Origin: Octopus vulgaris | Lineage: Eukaryota | DNA length: 64,000 nt | Assembly (NCBI GenBank): GCA_951406725.2 | Contig: OX597824.1 | Span: 71,362,001-71,426,000, forward strand | Reading direction: 5' to 3' | In this document: one piece after another, positions 38,260 through 51,759 of the stretch | Layout of the letters: every line of letters starts with the position of its first letter | How positions within the stretch are numbered: the first letter of the stretch is position 1 | The notes under the pieces: generated by a model | What the model was told of the DNA's origin: nothing | The model's database searches: none | The model's input: only the letters and a program-made list of their open reading frames with translations | Program-made: the position numbers and the translations under genes

Positions 38260-39458
38260 TCTACCTCTTATACCTACTTTTTCTCCTAATACATTTACAC
38301 ATTGTCATACATACACACTGACACTACATATCCATTGCAACATGCTGGCTACTGAAAGCCATCTGGTTTAGAGCTCCCATTATTGCAGCAATTTCGTTAC
38401 CTCTTGATTTTTTTAAACTCTGGTGCCAGGCCACAGATGTGGTGGGAGGTAGTACAATTGATTGAATTAACTCTAGTTTACAAATGTTATTCGTTTCATT
38501 GACCAAGCAGGAATGAAAGTTTAGCGATGAAGCTGGCTACAGTGAATAGAAGGTTCTGAAGTCACCACTTTAGTAGGTTTTTGGCCCACTAATTTAATGT
38601 TGATACCACCTTAACGTTGTTCGTTGGTTGTTAGTTTAATAAAAGTTGTTCTTACGTCAAGTTGACTCCGTGGTGGTTGGTTGAAAATGACGATGTCGGC
38701 GAGGTAGATGTTGATAGCAGTGTGTGACAGACAGACGTTGCCAACTGTGTTCGTGTGTTCGATAGCTCTTTGGTGATATACAAAGACGGACGGACTTCAA
38801 CGGTGGTTGGTAGGCAGAGACAGATTGACAAACTCGATGGTGGTTGGTAGTGAATTTTATTCACAGCTGTGTGGGTTAAGTACACTCTTGGACTGGTTGG
38901 CATCACAGCTGTAGAAACCATGCCAGATCAGACTGGAGTCTGGTGCAGCCTTCCAGCTTGCCAACCCTAGTTAAACTGTCCAACCCATGCCCGCATGGAC
39001 AACAGACGTTAGATGATGATGATGATGATGACGATTAAGAAAGAAGAAGAAGAAGAAGAAGAAGAAGAAGAAGAAGAAGAAGAAGAAGAAGAAGAAGAAG
39101 ATGATGATGATGATGATGAGGGAGTGAAAGATTCAAGTAACACTCTACAAAGGAATTCGTTTTCGGAGGGGCAAATGATACTGAACCAGATACTGGGTTC
39201 AGTGCTGTCTTCTGACTCATTGAATCATGTCAAACTGTTTAAACCCATGCCAGCATGGAAAATGGACATTAAATGATGATGATCATGACTATGATAATGA
39301 TGACTATGATAATGATGATTACATTTACACATCAACGAAAATACACTATTAATATAGAAGTTATGCAGAAGCCTATAAGTGGTTGCTCGACCTCTAAAAA
39401 CAGCAGCCAAATTTACTTGAAATCAAACTTTGTTGTCTTGAATAGAAACACATTGGAT

Positions 39459-39620
39459 AATAATTGCAGTGTGGAAGGTGTTTATAAGCCATTTAAGAAA
39501 CACACAAAAACTGTTAGATTCATTTCAACATTTAAATTTAATTTGTCAAAATATTTTCATCGCTTTGAGACTACAACCTGTTTCTTAAATGGCTTATAAA
39601 CACCTTCCACGTTACAATTG
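39459..39620. repeat. Inverted-repeat hairpin (Penelope-like)
   Basis: gtggaaggtgtttataagccatttaagaaaca / tgtttcttaaatggcttataaacaccttccac. Confidence 0.7.
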
Positions 39621-40534
39621 TTTTCGTTCCAGCACACGATCTCAGATCAGGTCACTTGCTATGCAAGTACATCTCTGTAACATTGGATAATGTCGTACCT
39701 GAAATCTCCAACACACAGACACACCAAAGAAAAAGACAAAAAAACAGACTTTGAGTATAGATCTACTCAATCAGGGTTGACCTGGGGTTAAACAACAACA
39801 ACAACCTATTAATATTTTAAAGTTGTCGCACAATAGTTTGTTGTTTCCTCTTTTTCTGTTCCATAAAATTGTTTTCAAGAGCAGCAGCAACAACAACAAT
39901 AACAACATTAGAAGCAGGATATTTGAAGGTGGAAGTAAAACAGTGTAAGTTCAAAGTTAGCTGAATGGCAGAATCACATTATTATGTCACACAAACATAG
40001 TTGATGACCTTCATAGATATGTTTATTTACACTTTTTCTCTTCCTTCTTAACTAGACTAACTGTTCAAATTTAAAATTATTTTTTTTTTTATGATTTTTG
40101 TTTTGTATTTCATTGTTATTTTTGTTCTTAATTTTATTTCATCTTATACTTGCTTTAGTTATTGGAAAGCAGCCTTGAGGAGTTCAGTCAAAGATGGCAG
40201 CCTTGAGGAGTTCAGTCAAAGAAATCAACCCCAGTACTTCATATTTTTTCAATCCCTTTTTTTTTTTTTCAAATCTGTTATTTATTTTATCGACTAGCAG
40301 TATCGCCCAGCGTTGCTCAGGTTTGTTTCAACCCTTTAGAATTGGAATTTTTGAAAAGTAAATATTTTGCATTATGTAGCTTGTTATTTTCTTTAAGTGA
40401 ACATTTTTCTGGTTGAAATACACCAAAAATGGCGACACAGCAGTAAAAAAATGGTAAAAATAGGGATTTTCATAGAAAAAAGGCACCTTTTTGATGTAAA
40501 TAATTTTTGGCGTTAATGATAATGATAATAATTA

Positions 40535-41140
40535 AGATTTCAAATTTTGGCACAAGGCTAGCAATTTCAGGGGAGAGATAAGTTGATTACATTGACTCCA
40601 GTAATTATTTCATCACTGCCAAAAAGGATGAAAGGCAAAGTCAACTTCAACGGAATTTGAACTCAGAATATAGCAACTGGCAAAATACCACTAAGCATTT
40701 CATCCAGTGTGTTAACAATTCTGTCAGCTTACTGCTTTTAATGGTTTTAAATTTTGCCAGAAGGGTAGCCATTTTGGGGGAGGGGCTGAGTCAATTACAT
40801 CAATCGGAGTGTTTCAGTAGTAATTAATTTATTAACCCCCAAAAGGATGAAAGCAAAGTCAACTTCAGCAGAATTTGAACTCAAAATGTAGTGACAGACA
40901 AAATACCTATTTCTTTATTACCTACAAGGGGCTAAACACAGAGGGGACAAACAAGGATAGACAAACGGATTAAGTCAATCATATCGACCCCCCAGTGTGT
41001 AACTGGTACTTAATTTATTGACCCCGAAAGGATGAAAGGCAAAGTCGACCTCGGCAGAATTTGAACTCAGAACATAAATACGGATGAAATGCCACTAAAC
41101 ATTTTGTCCAGCATACTAATGATTCTGCCAGCTCGCCACC
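40535..41140 (-). mobile_element. Tandem/nested SINE family A copies
   Basis: Three head-to-tail copies of the family A core. Confidence 0.8.
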
Positions 41141-41357
41141 TTAATAATAATAGTGACAACAATAATGATTTCATTTATTTGCCACAAGGGCAAAGGATGA
41201 GGGAGACAATACAAAGAGAGACATAAAGTGTGGGGGTTTACATATAATGAAATGATAAAAAGAAAGAAAGAAAGTAGGTACACACTGAAAAAGAAGGGAC
41301 ATATGCATAGCATACAAAGGTTAAAAAAAGAAAAGGTGGCAGGTGGATGATGATAAG

Positions 41358-41915
41358 TACCAGGCAGTGGCTCTCATGGCTTTTGATCTTAACTGATTGG
41401 AAGTGTTATCATGTACATTGTTTGACTTGGTATAAAAGATGGGCTACAGCAAATATTCTGCTCAATACCACAGATTTGCTTGTCAGTTGTTTGACCTTAA
41501 CCAGTTGAGCATGTCCCTTGGTAGTTGATGATATGTGCATCTTTGATCATGAACAGAAGTAGTGGGGAGTATCATAGCCATGTGTTGAGAGGATTCTTTG
41601 GGGTTTGAATAATTCACCTCTAGGAAACATGGGTGTTTCATTCAACATTCTTAAACAACCCTTATTCAGGGACCTTTTGAGCGGGATGGGCTACTTGGCT
41701 GGAAGAAAATTCTAACTGGGCCCCATCTACAAGGTCATGTACTGTTTATTTTGATATGGGATCATCATGTTGTGCACATATGGCTGTGATGCATGTGCCT
41801 AGTGTATCCTTGTATATCCTTATCAGACAGGTAGTCATGATGGGTATATTGGGCTTCATATATTTGTACCCCAGTGTCACTTTGATGGCATGTGCTACTC
41901 TCCTGCTCAATAATA
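41358..41915 (-). mobile_element. Unclassified retroposon (same family as 9165)
   Basis: Reverse-complement homology to 9165-9445, extending further 5'. Confidence 0.7.
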
Positions 41916-42353
41916 ACGTAATGTGCAAGAGGGAAGACGAAGCTGGTATGGTCATGTTATGTGCATGGACAAAGACAGTTGTGTAAAGAAGTGCTGATCT
42001 CTAACTTTGATGGGAACCTGTGGAAGAGACAGACCTAGGAAGATATGGGATAAGGTGGTGAAGTGTGATCTTCAGATGTTGAGTCTCACAGAAGCAATGA
42101 CAAGTAACTGAGACCTTGGTGATTTGCTTTGCTTTGCTTTAGAAGACACATCAAGTTAAGTGAAATTGTAGTCATGGCCAGTGCTGGTGACATATAAAAG
42201 GCACCCGGTACACTTTGTAGAGTGGTTAGCATTAGGAAGGGCATCCAGCCATAGAAACCAAGCCAAAATAGACTGGAACCCAGTTCAGCTCTCCAGCTTA
42301 CCAGCCCCAGTCAAACCACCTTACCCATGCTAGCATGGAAAATGGATGTTAAA

Positions 42354-42417
<64 letters not shown>

Positions 42418-42423
42418 TAATAA

Positions 42424-42795
42424 GTAAATATAAGGACTTGGAAATTGAAATACAAAAGATGTGGCATCTTAAAGCAAGAACTGTTCGTGTCATTGTAGGT
42501 GCCCTAGGTATGATAAGAAAGGGATGTTAGAAACATCTAGATAAGATCCCAGGAGAACCATGTCTCAGAGAAATACAAAAGATTGTGCTGACAAGTACTG
42601 CCCACATCCTTAGAAAAACCCTATTAATTTAAATGTCTGTGTTGTATTACATGAAGATATTTTACTAATGCCCCTGCCACTCTCCCTCCCCAAGCTTTCA
42701 GTCATATTGTAACATCTCTTATCCTTCACTCATCCTAGGATGCTGGGTGTATCCCGGTGAGTGATTGTAACAAACATGCAGACTAAAAGTAAATA
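42424..42795 (+). mobile_element. R4/Dong-clade non-LTR retrotransposon 3' fragment in (TAA)n
   Basis: 42426-42632 translates KYKDLEIEIQKMWHLKARTVRVIVGALG...LREIQKIVLTSTAHILRK (REL-type endonuclease C-terminus, one internal stop). (AAT)n on both sides. Confidence 0.8.
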
Positions 42796-42824
42796 ATAAT
42801 AATAATAATAATGATAATAATAAT

Positions 42825-44580
42825 CATTTCTACTAAAGGCATAAGGCCTGGAATTTGGTGGGAGGGGACTAGTCAATTACATCATCCCTAGTGTTTCACT
42901 GGTACTTAATTTATCAATCCTGAAGGGATAAAAAGGCAACCTCAACAAAATTTAATTCAGAATGTAAAGACAGACAAAATACCACTGAGCATTTTGCCCA
43001 GCATGCTAACAATTCTTTTCTACTCTAGGCACAAGGCCCGAAACTTTGGGGGAGGGGGCCAGTCAATTAGATTGACCCCAGTACATAACTGGTACTTAGT
43101 TAATCAGCCCCAAAAGGATGAAAGGCAAAGTTGACCTTGATGGAATTTGAACTCAGAACATAAAGACTGCTAAGCATTTCGCCCAGCCTGCTAAGATTTC
43201 TGCCAGCTCGCTGCCTTGCTAATAATCATAATAATGATTTCTTTTATTGTCCCCAAGAGCCTAAGACATGGAAAACAATATCAAAGGACAAATTACAACA
43301 TATAAACAGGTAGGGAAATGCTACAATAATAAAGATATAACAAAAAAGGGAATAAAAGTACAAATAAAAATAAATAATTAATAAATGAATAGAAACTCCA
43401 ATAGTGAGGTAGTCCACTTAGGGTAATTTGGGGTAAACCCTACACAAAAATTTCTGGATTACTCTGACATCCCCGAGGCATGGGAAGTGTCATTTTCTAG
43501 TTTCTTTCCTCTTAATTAGAAAAGCATACTCAGAGTAGATCCATTCAGCCTCACAAGTCTTGCCACTCTCAGCCACCTTTTATGAGCACGGTAGAAGGTA
43601 GTGCCTCCCTCTCTATCCTCACCTTCATCTTCAAATGATATTTGAAGAGAACTGATGACAGCTTGGCCAGAGGGGGAGAGGTCTAGTAATTACACTGATT
43701 CCAGTGATCAACTGGTACTTATTTTATTGATACTGAAAGGATGAAAGGTAAATTAAACCTTGGCAAAATTTGAACTCAGAATGTAAGCCAGAAGAAAGGC
43801 TGCTTAGCATTTTGTCTGGCATCTTATTGATTAGCTCACAGCCCTGATGATAATTTTAATGGTAAGGATAATAATAATAATCAGGCGGCGAGCTGACAGA
43901 AACGTTAGCACGCCGGGCGAAATGCTTAGCGGTATTTCGTCTGCGTTACGTTGTGAGTTCAAATTCCGCCGAGGTCGACTTTGCCTTTCATCCTTTCGGG
44001 GTCGATAAATTAAGTACCAGTTACGCACTGGGGATCAATATAATCGACTTAATACCTATGTCTGTCCTTGTTTGTCCGCTCTGTGTTTAGCCCCTTGTGG
44101 GTAATAAAGAAATAGGTAAGGATAATAATAATCCTTTCTACTATAGGCACAAGGCCTGATATTTGGGGGAGGGGATAGTTGATTTCATCGACCCCAGTGT
44201 TTCACTGGTACTTAACTTAGTGACCCTGAAAGGATGAAAGGCAAGGTTGACCTCAGTGGAATTTGAACTCAGAAATAAAGAAAGCGAAATGCCGCTAAGC
44301 ATTTTGCCTGGTGTGCTAACAATTCTGCCAGCTCATTGCCTTAGTAATAACAATAATAATAATCCTTTTTACTAAAGGCACAAGGCCTGAAATTTTGGGG
44401 GAAGGGACTAGTTGATTACATCAACCCCAGTGTTTCACAGGGTACTTAATTTATTAGCCCCGAAAAGATGACAGGCAAAGTCAGCTTCAGCAGAATTTGA
44501 ACTCAGAATGTGCAGATGGACAAATGCTGCTAAGCATTTTGCCTAGTGTGCTGATGATTCAGCCATCTCATTGCCTTCTT
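42825..44580. mobile_element. Dense SINE family A cluster with a Tx1/L1-like 3' fragment (~43230-43660, minus)
   Basis: About six family A copies separated by (TAA)n; young + copy at 43883-44113 with TSD ggtaaggataataataat; FFKYHLKMKVRIERE-like reading near 43600-43650. Confidence 0.75.
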
Positions 44581-44842
44581 AATAATAATAATGATAATAA
44601 TGATAATAATTAGGAGGAGGAAAAGAAAGACAGAAAAAAGAAAGAACTTACTAATATTTTGGATATGCATATGTGTTTCATATCTTAGATGAAGACAGAG
44701 GGAAAAAAAAAAACAAAAACATTTCTTAGAAACAAAACATAAGGGCATCCAGCTATAGAAACCATGCCAGAGCAGACACTGGTATTCATTAAATCTTGTC
44801 AAACCATCCAACAACCTATTCCAGCATGGAACATGGATGTTA

Positions 44843-45059
44843 AATGATGATGATGATGGTGGTGGTGGTGGTGGTGGTGGTGGTGGTGGTGGTGGTGATG
44901 ATGATGATGATGATGATGGTGATGGTGGTGGTGGTGATGGTGGTGGTGGTGGTGGTGATGATGATGGTGATGGTGGTGGTGTGGTGGTGGTGGTGATGAT
45001 GATGATGATGATGATGGTGGTGGTGATGGTGGTGATGGTGGTAGTGGTGGTGACGATGA

Positions 45060-45093
<34 letters not shown>

Positions 45094-45217
45094 GGTGGTG
45101 GTGGTGGTGATGGTGGTGGTGGTGATGGTGGTGATGGTGGTGATGGTGGTGGTGGTGGTGATGATGATGATGATGATGATGATGATAATGATAATGATGA
45201 TGATGATAATGATGATA

Positions 45218-45250
<33 letters not shown>
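44843..45250. repeat. Compound (GAT)n/(GGT)n trinucleotide array
   Basis: Extends from the (GAT)n tail of a family D element at ~44740-44845. Confidence 0.95.
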
Positions 45251-45702
45251 TAGAGGAGAGAGAGAGAGAGAGGAAAGCAATTAACTACAACTTATGTTAC
45301 TAATGATTATCAATGGCATGAAACATGACATTGAATTGAAAGCACGTCAGAAAACAGGACAAGAGAAATTACCTAATTGTCATACACACGCATTTACGTA
45401 GACACACACACACACCACACGCATACATACATTCACATACACACACATACACATACACATGTACACAACTATCTTAAGTGGAGTGACTACAAACTTCTGG
45501 TGACCCTCTCATTGAAGAGATTTACGTATGAAAGAGAATAAAAGTTGTTTGTTGTTTACTCCAAGGTCAGTCACGATCCAAAATGACTTATAAAAACAAA
45601 TAAATTATGGGTGTGACAATCCTCTTTTTCCTTTTCTTGTTTGTTTTTTTTTCAGAAATACTTATGCCTAGGATTACAATATCCAATCTGATGGCTTATT
45701 TC

Positions 45703-45908
45703 TCTCTTTTACTTGTTTCAGTCATTCGACTGCGGCCATGCTGGAGCACCGCCTTTTAAATCGAGCAACTCGACCCCGGGACTTATTCTTTTTGTAAGCC
45801 CACTACTTATTCTATCGGTCTCTTTTTGCCGAACCGCTAAGTGACGGGGACGTAAACACACCAGCATCGGTTGTCAAGCAATGCTACGGGAACAACACAG
45901 ACACACAA

Positions 45909-45949
<41 letters not shown>

Positions 45950-46122
45950 CATATATACGACAGGCTTCTTTCAGTTTCCGTCTACCAAATTCACTCACAA
46001 AGCATTGGTCGGCCCGGGGCTATTGCAGAAGACACTTGCCCAAGATGCCACGCAGTGGGACTGAACCCGGAACCATGTGGTTAGTTAGCAAGCTACTTAC
46101 CACACAGCCAATCCTGCGCCTA
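45703..46122 (-). mobile_element. SINE family B (young, full length)
   Basis: Reverse complement of the 14490 family; CpGs retained. Confidence 0.88.
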
Positions 46123-47394
46123 TTTGTTTTTTTTTACTTTATGTTTTTTAAATGGTAGGACAGCAATGCCCAGCCTGGGTAGTGCAGACCCTTGAGGATT
46201 CATAAAAAATATACTACTGGTAAGGAAGGGATCATGTGAGTTGATTTTGAAATTTGTGAAGTACATATATCTTTAAAAAATCTGAGGTGCATGGGAAAAT
46301 ATATTTCGATAAAAAGATGATGGGGAGGTCCTTGGTAGTGAAAAGTTTGGGAATTATTGTTTCAGGGTGTGATTTGAGGGACATTGAGCCGGTATTTGTA
46401 GCAATAATAAATACAAGATAATAACTAGCTGGATTTCAAAAATAACAAATAATGTCTATTGTTGTTGTTTTGTAGCTTCTGGGGAATTTTCATCTAACAA
46501 ATAAATCTATGATCAAAGTATTACAGTTATAACTATCCTGTCTTTCAAAGAGGATATAGGTCTACATTATTTAACGAGTCCTTTCATTATATAAGACAGT
46601 GTAGTGTAATTTGAGGGAGATTTGGTTGATATTTGTAATAACTCAAATTTGGCTGTTATTTGTAACTATTTAGAGGTTCATCTTAACAGAAGACTGAGAT
46701 GAGATTTTTTTTCCTCATTAATTTTGTCCCAGCTCACAAAAATATTTATCTTTCCCTCCACAATTATGTAAATATCTGTCTTCAAGACATATTTTTAGCA
46801 TATTTAAATAGCAACATAGTGTTGTTTATGGTGAGTGCTATAGTTGGTTTCAAATTTTAGCACAAGGCCAGCAAGTTCAGGGTAGGGCTTAAGTTGATTA
46901 CATTGATCCTAGGGTTCAACTGATATTTATTTTATTGACCCTGAAAGGATGAGAGGCAAAGTTGACCTTGGAGGAATTTGAACTCAGAATGTAGAGACGG
47001 ATGAAATACTGCTAAGTATTTAGGCTGGTGTGTTAACAATTCTGCCAGCTCACTGCCTTGGTGGATGCTATAATTAACTGCATAATAAGGTTCTTCTCAG
47101 CACCCTCAGGAACAAAACACATTTGGGGCCCCCATTGTAATTAACAAGCATAATAGTCCAGAGGAAATTTTGAGCCACTTCATGCCTGTGTCCAGTGGTG
47201 ACTGATCTCTTATTCTCTTGCTTCCTATCTTTCTATGCCTCTGCACCAGTCTTACTTGTCCCAAACAGGCCTTCAGAAATCTTGGTCTTTACCTCGCTCT
47301 CCTCACTAAATGTCTTAAAAACCCATGTAATTTGTGCACATGTGTAATTTACACAGGTGATTTTCAGGATAACATTTATTAAAAGAAGCTTCTT

Positions 47395-47615
47395 ATTTCT
47401 TTATTGCCCACAAGGGGCTAAACACAGAGGGGACAAACAAGGACAGACAAACGGATCAAGTCGATTACATCGACCCCAGTGTGTAACTTGTCCTTAATTT
47501 ATCGACCCTGAAAGGATGAAAGGCAAAGTCGACCTTGGCGGAATTTGAACTCAGAGTGTAATGGCAGACAAAATACTGCTAAGCACTTTGCCCAGTGTGC
47601 TAACGTTTCTGCCAT
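47395..47615 (-). mobile_element. SINE family A
   Basis: Reverse complement of 11516. Confidence 0.83.
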
Positions 47616-48599
47616 CTTGCCAGTTTCTACCATCTTGCCAGTTTCTGCCAGCTTCTACTCATGTAAAATTCGCACCCAAAAGTTTTCAGAATTGCCGATA
47701 TGGCCAGAGGGAAAAGGTTTCCAATTTAGTTGTATTTAGCATAACTTCACTTACTTATGATTAGATTTTATTAAATTTTCATTAAACAAAAATAATTTCT
47801 GTTTAACAGGCATCACATTAAAAACTATTAAATTACGGAATGTTTGTGTTGTTTATAATAATACTAGCTGGCTCCATGCCATCAAAAATGCCCACTAATT
47901 GTAGTATTTTATACATAGATATGGATGGTAAATTAAATTAATACACTTGTCATGTTATCTAGTGGTTGTCTTTTGAGATGTGACATCGATCATCATTTGT
48001 TACTGAAAGAACGCTACTTCACACATACAAGCATTCACATACTTCCCTTGTACACACACACACACATACACACATATACTCACACAGAGTTGAAACGCCG
48101 TTTGATTTTTCTTTTCAGCGTTGAATGTTCACCATTCCACTTCCATTGCATGCGCGCACACACACACCCATTCACATCCCTCCCTGTTATACACACACAC
48201 ACATATATCCACACAGAGTTGAAACGCTCCCACTACCAGTTTGCCATCACCCTTTCCTTCGTTATTCATCTATCATCACTTCCTTTCTCATTCATATTTT
48301 GTGACGGAGAAAAACACAAGAGTATTATTAGAGTAGATGGTTCGGACTGTGATTACCATCAGGAATGTCAGACTTCAAAAAGTAGTTAACCATTTAATGA
48401 TTTTAGTAAATTTATACAGAAAAATTGAGCCTTATACTGTCCAGCATAAGTAAAAGTTAACTTCATTATATTTAAGCCCTTATTTTTTCTGTAAAAACCT
48501 ATTCTGACAATAAACGAATCAGCTTCTGGTATGAATGTTTCCATTTTGTATGTCATTTTTCAACGGAAAATTTCTAAAAAAATTCTGGAAATGATCTAA

Positions 48600-49824
48600 T
48601 TAGGTTGTCAAGTTTTTAACCTTTAAATTCAGATGCACATATCTCGGCTCAAACAAAACTTTATTAATCGAAATAAACACCATCAGAATCAACACACTTT
48701 TGCCAATGTGAAACAACTTTATTTATGCCAGTAGCGTAAAAATCCTGCCTTTTGGTGGCGATGAAGTCGTTGAAGGCGTATTTGCCATCGTCTTGGTTTT
48801 GAAGCATTTCTCATGCAGGAAGTTGTCGAGATGCTTGAAAAAGCAAGAAGTCTGGTGAGTATGGCGGATGAGGCAGAGTTTCGTAGCCCAATTCATTCAA
48901 CTTCTGCAGGGTCAGTTGTGTGACATGTGGCCGAGTGTTGTTGTGGAGAAGAATTGGTCTTTTTCTATTGACCAATGCTGGCTGTTGTTCTTGGAGTTTC
49001 TTACGTATTTCATCCATTTGCTGACAGTACTTCTCCGCTGTAATGGTTTCGCCTGGATCCAAAAAGTTGTGATGGATAAGACCGGCTGCAGACCACCAAA
49101 CAGTCACCATGACCTTCTTTTGGTGCAACTTTGGCTTTGAGAAGTGCCGTGGAGCTTCATCGGCGTCCAACCACTGAGCTGAGCATTGCCGGTTGTCATA
49201 AAGAATCCACTTTTCATTGCAAGTCCGGCTGAGAAACGGGTCGTTCTTGTTGTGTAAAAGAAGGGAAGATGACACTTTAAAACAGTGTTTTTTTTGGTTG
49301 TCATTCAATTTGTGCGGCACCCATTTCTCAAGTATTTTTGTTTTTCAAATCTCTTTCAAGTGGTTGGAAATTGTCGTATACGTTATGTCTAATTCAGAAG
49401 CAAGCACTCAAACAGTTGTACATGGATTGGCTTCAACTTAGGCTCTTAGCTGATCGTTGTCAACATCCGATGGTCAACCACTATGATTGTTATCTTCAAG
49501 ACTCTCGTCACTGCAACACAATTTCTTGAACCACCATTGTGCTGTATGTTCATTAGTGGTTCCTGGGCCAAACACATCATTGATATCGTGAGCTGTTTCA
49601 GCAGCTTTTTGGCCTAGCTTGAACTTTTTGTCCATGTTGTATTTAATGTTCCAGAAAAAATGGCCTAATTATTCAAAAAGAAAAAGAGTAACATGATTAG
49701 ATAGAGCAAAAAATGGGATTTAAAATTATATATAAAGTCAAAGTAATTTAATGGAAATTAATTTGAAAATACAACATTTAAAAGCAAAATTTAAAATTCC
49801 ACAAGAACTTTCTTGACAACCTAA
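48600..49824 (-). mobile_element. mariner (DD34D-type) transposon, pseudogenised
   Basis: TIRs ttaggttgtcaag / cttgacaacctaa. Motifs WVPHKL, EKWILYDN, HNNTRPH, HPPYSPD. Catalytic Asp residues mutated; frameshifts present. Confidence 0.9.
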
Positions 49825-50494
49825 TACTTATGAAATTTATGCACCCCTAAAGTTAATTTTTGCAAAAAAAAAATGCATAAATTACACTGGCTTTTACAGT
49901 AATCTGTAATGTGCTAAAGGTACTTTTCTGTGGTGTAAACAAGCTGTCATGCTGTGGAAAGGGGATGGTAAAAGTGTGTACTGTGGAAAAAGAGATGGAG
50001 AGTGTGTGTATGAGAGAGAGAGAGAGGAGAGGGGGAGGGAGAGAGAGAGGGGGGAAGAGAGATTTTAAACAAATGTTAAGCATATGAGTGAATTCTGTTT
50101 TTAGGTTCAATACTCCAGTTTTTTTGAATCCCGCTTCAGATATACAACTTTGGGGTGCGGTGGAATTTACAATTTTCAATAAAGTTTACCACCCTTAATT
50201 GCCAATACTGATTGATCAAGAACAATAGCATAGGCTTTCATGCTTTTCATGGCCATATGAATAGGTTCATATGTCAGGGGCTCTGAAATGGGAATCTGAG
50301 TTCTAATCTGACCTCAGTTTCACTACAACATATCTTATGAACAATTCAACAGATTTTGGCTCACAAAAGCATATTTCATGAGAATATATTCCACTTTCCA
50401 TGTGCACACCCAATAGATTTCATTGCATGAACGCACACACATTGCTGGGGTATGATTCAGATTTGATTTGGAGTTAAACAACATTATTATTATT

Positions 50495-50780
50495 CGAACG
50501 TGGCCGATGCCAGCGCCGCCTTGGCTGGCTTCTATGCAGGTGGTATGTAAAAAGCACCAACCGATTGTGGCCATAGCCAGCCTCCTCTGGCACCTGTGCC
50601 AGTGGCATGTAAAAGGCACCCACTACACTCACAGAGTGGTTGGTGTTAGGAAAGGCATCCAGCTGTAGAAACACTGCCAGATCAGACTAGAGCCTGGTGC
50701 AGCCTCCTGGCTTCCCAGACCCCGGTTGAACTGTCCAACCCATGCTAGCATGGAAAACAGACGTTATATGATGATGATGA
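50495..50780 (+). mobile_element. Family D (RTE-associated) element
   Basis: Matches 18953-19117; (GAT)n tail. Confidence 0.75.
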
Positions 50781-51168
50781 ACAACATGAGTCGATCTTTC
50801 ATGTAAAAAGTTTATTTTTATTCTTTTAGTCAGGAGGAAAGGCAGATCCTTTACAGAGCCTCTGGGATGGATGAGATGAAGAGAAGAAAGTATCTTCAAA
50901 CTGGGGATCTAGCCCAAATATATGCAACAGAGCGGACTCCCGTAAAGGCAGCCAAAATGCTTGATGAAGGTATAAAATCAGGCAACGGATTAGTCTACCA
51001 TTTAGTTTAGTAGACATAGTTAGGTGGAGGCGTGACTTCCTTCCCAATGACATGATCTCAAGTTCAGTCCCACTGTATTGCACCTTCGGCAAAGTGTCTT
51101 CTACTATATATATATCGTTTTTTGATTTGGTTTGCAAGATTCTTTATGTGAGTTCGTGTGTTGAAGCA

Positions 51169-51370
51169 TATTCTGTTGTGTCTGGGAAGAGTCATTTTCT
51201 TTTTGTCGCCTTATAATTTAACACACTCACTGGTAAAATTTCCACTCATTCCTTATTTTTATTTTCCTTTTAGGAAAATAAAAATAAGGAATAAGTGGAA
51301 ATTTTACCGGTGAGTGTGTTAAATTATAAGGCGCAAAAAGAAAATGACTCTCCCCAGACACAACAGTATA
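51169..51370. repeat. ~100-bp-arm palindrome
   Basis: ctgttgtgtctggg...attttcct ttt aggaaaat...cccagacacaacag, embedded in TA-rich flanks. Confidence 0.85.
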
Positions 51371-51759
51371 CATATACATAAAACTTGCACTAAGAGGTAA
51401 AATTACTACCTGCTTTTATAGCAAGTTGATGCAGATATTATCCCGTTCCCCTCCAACTTTTAGTTCAGGCAATTGAAAACATCACATTATTTATGGGATG
51501 ACCCAATATACGAGCAGGTGAAAGCAAACTAAGCCTAGAATAGATAATACAGAGTAGTGCCCAAATGGGTGGGAACTTGAACTTCTGCCTCTTCATCCAG
51601 GGTGGCACCTCTGCATCAAAGTCAACTTGCTCCCTTTCTGCCCTCTCTCTCTCTCTCCACACACACACACACACACATATATATGTATATATACCGGAGT
51701 ATGCACATAAATGTGAAACAAGGTGGGAAAAAGAGTACTCAAATACCAGAGGTAGAGTA

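Noticed and set aside
39013-39276. Poly-Glu/Asp acidic ORF
   Set aside because: (GAT)n/(GAA)n tail of a family D element.
44837-45280. Poly-His / poly-Met-Val / Gly-Asp ORFs
   Set aside because: Expanded trinucleotide tail of a retroposon; no splice or domain evidence.
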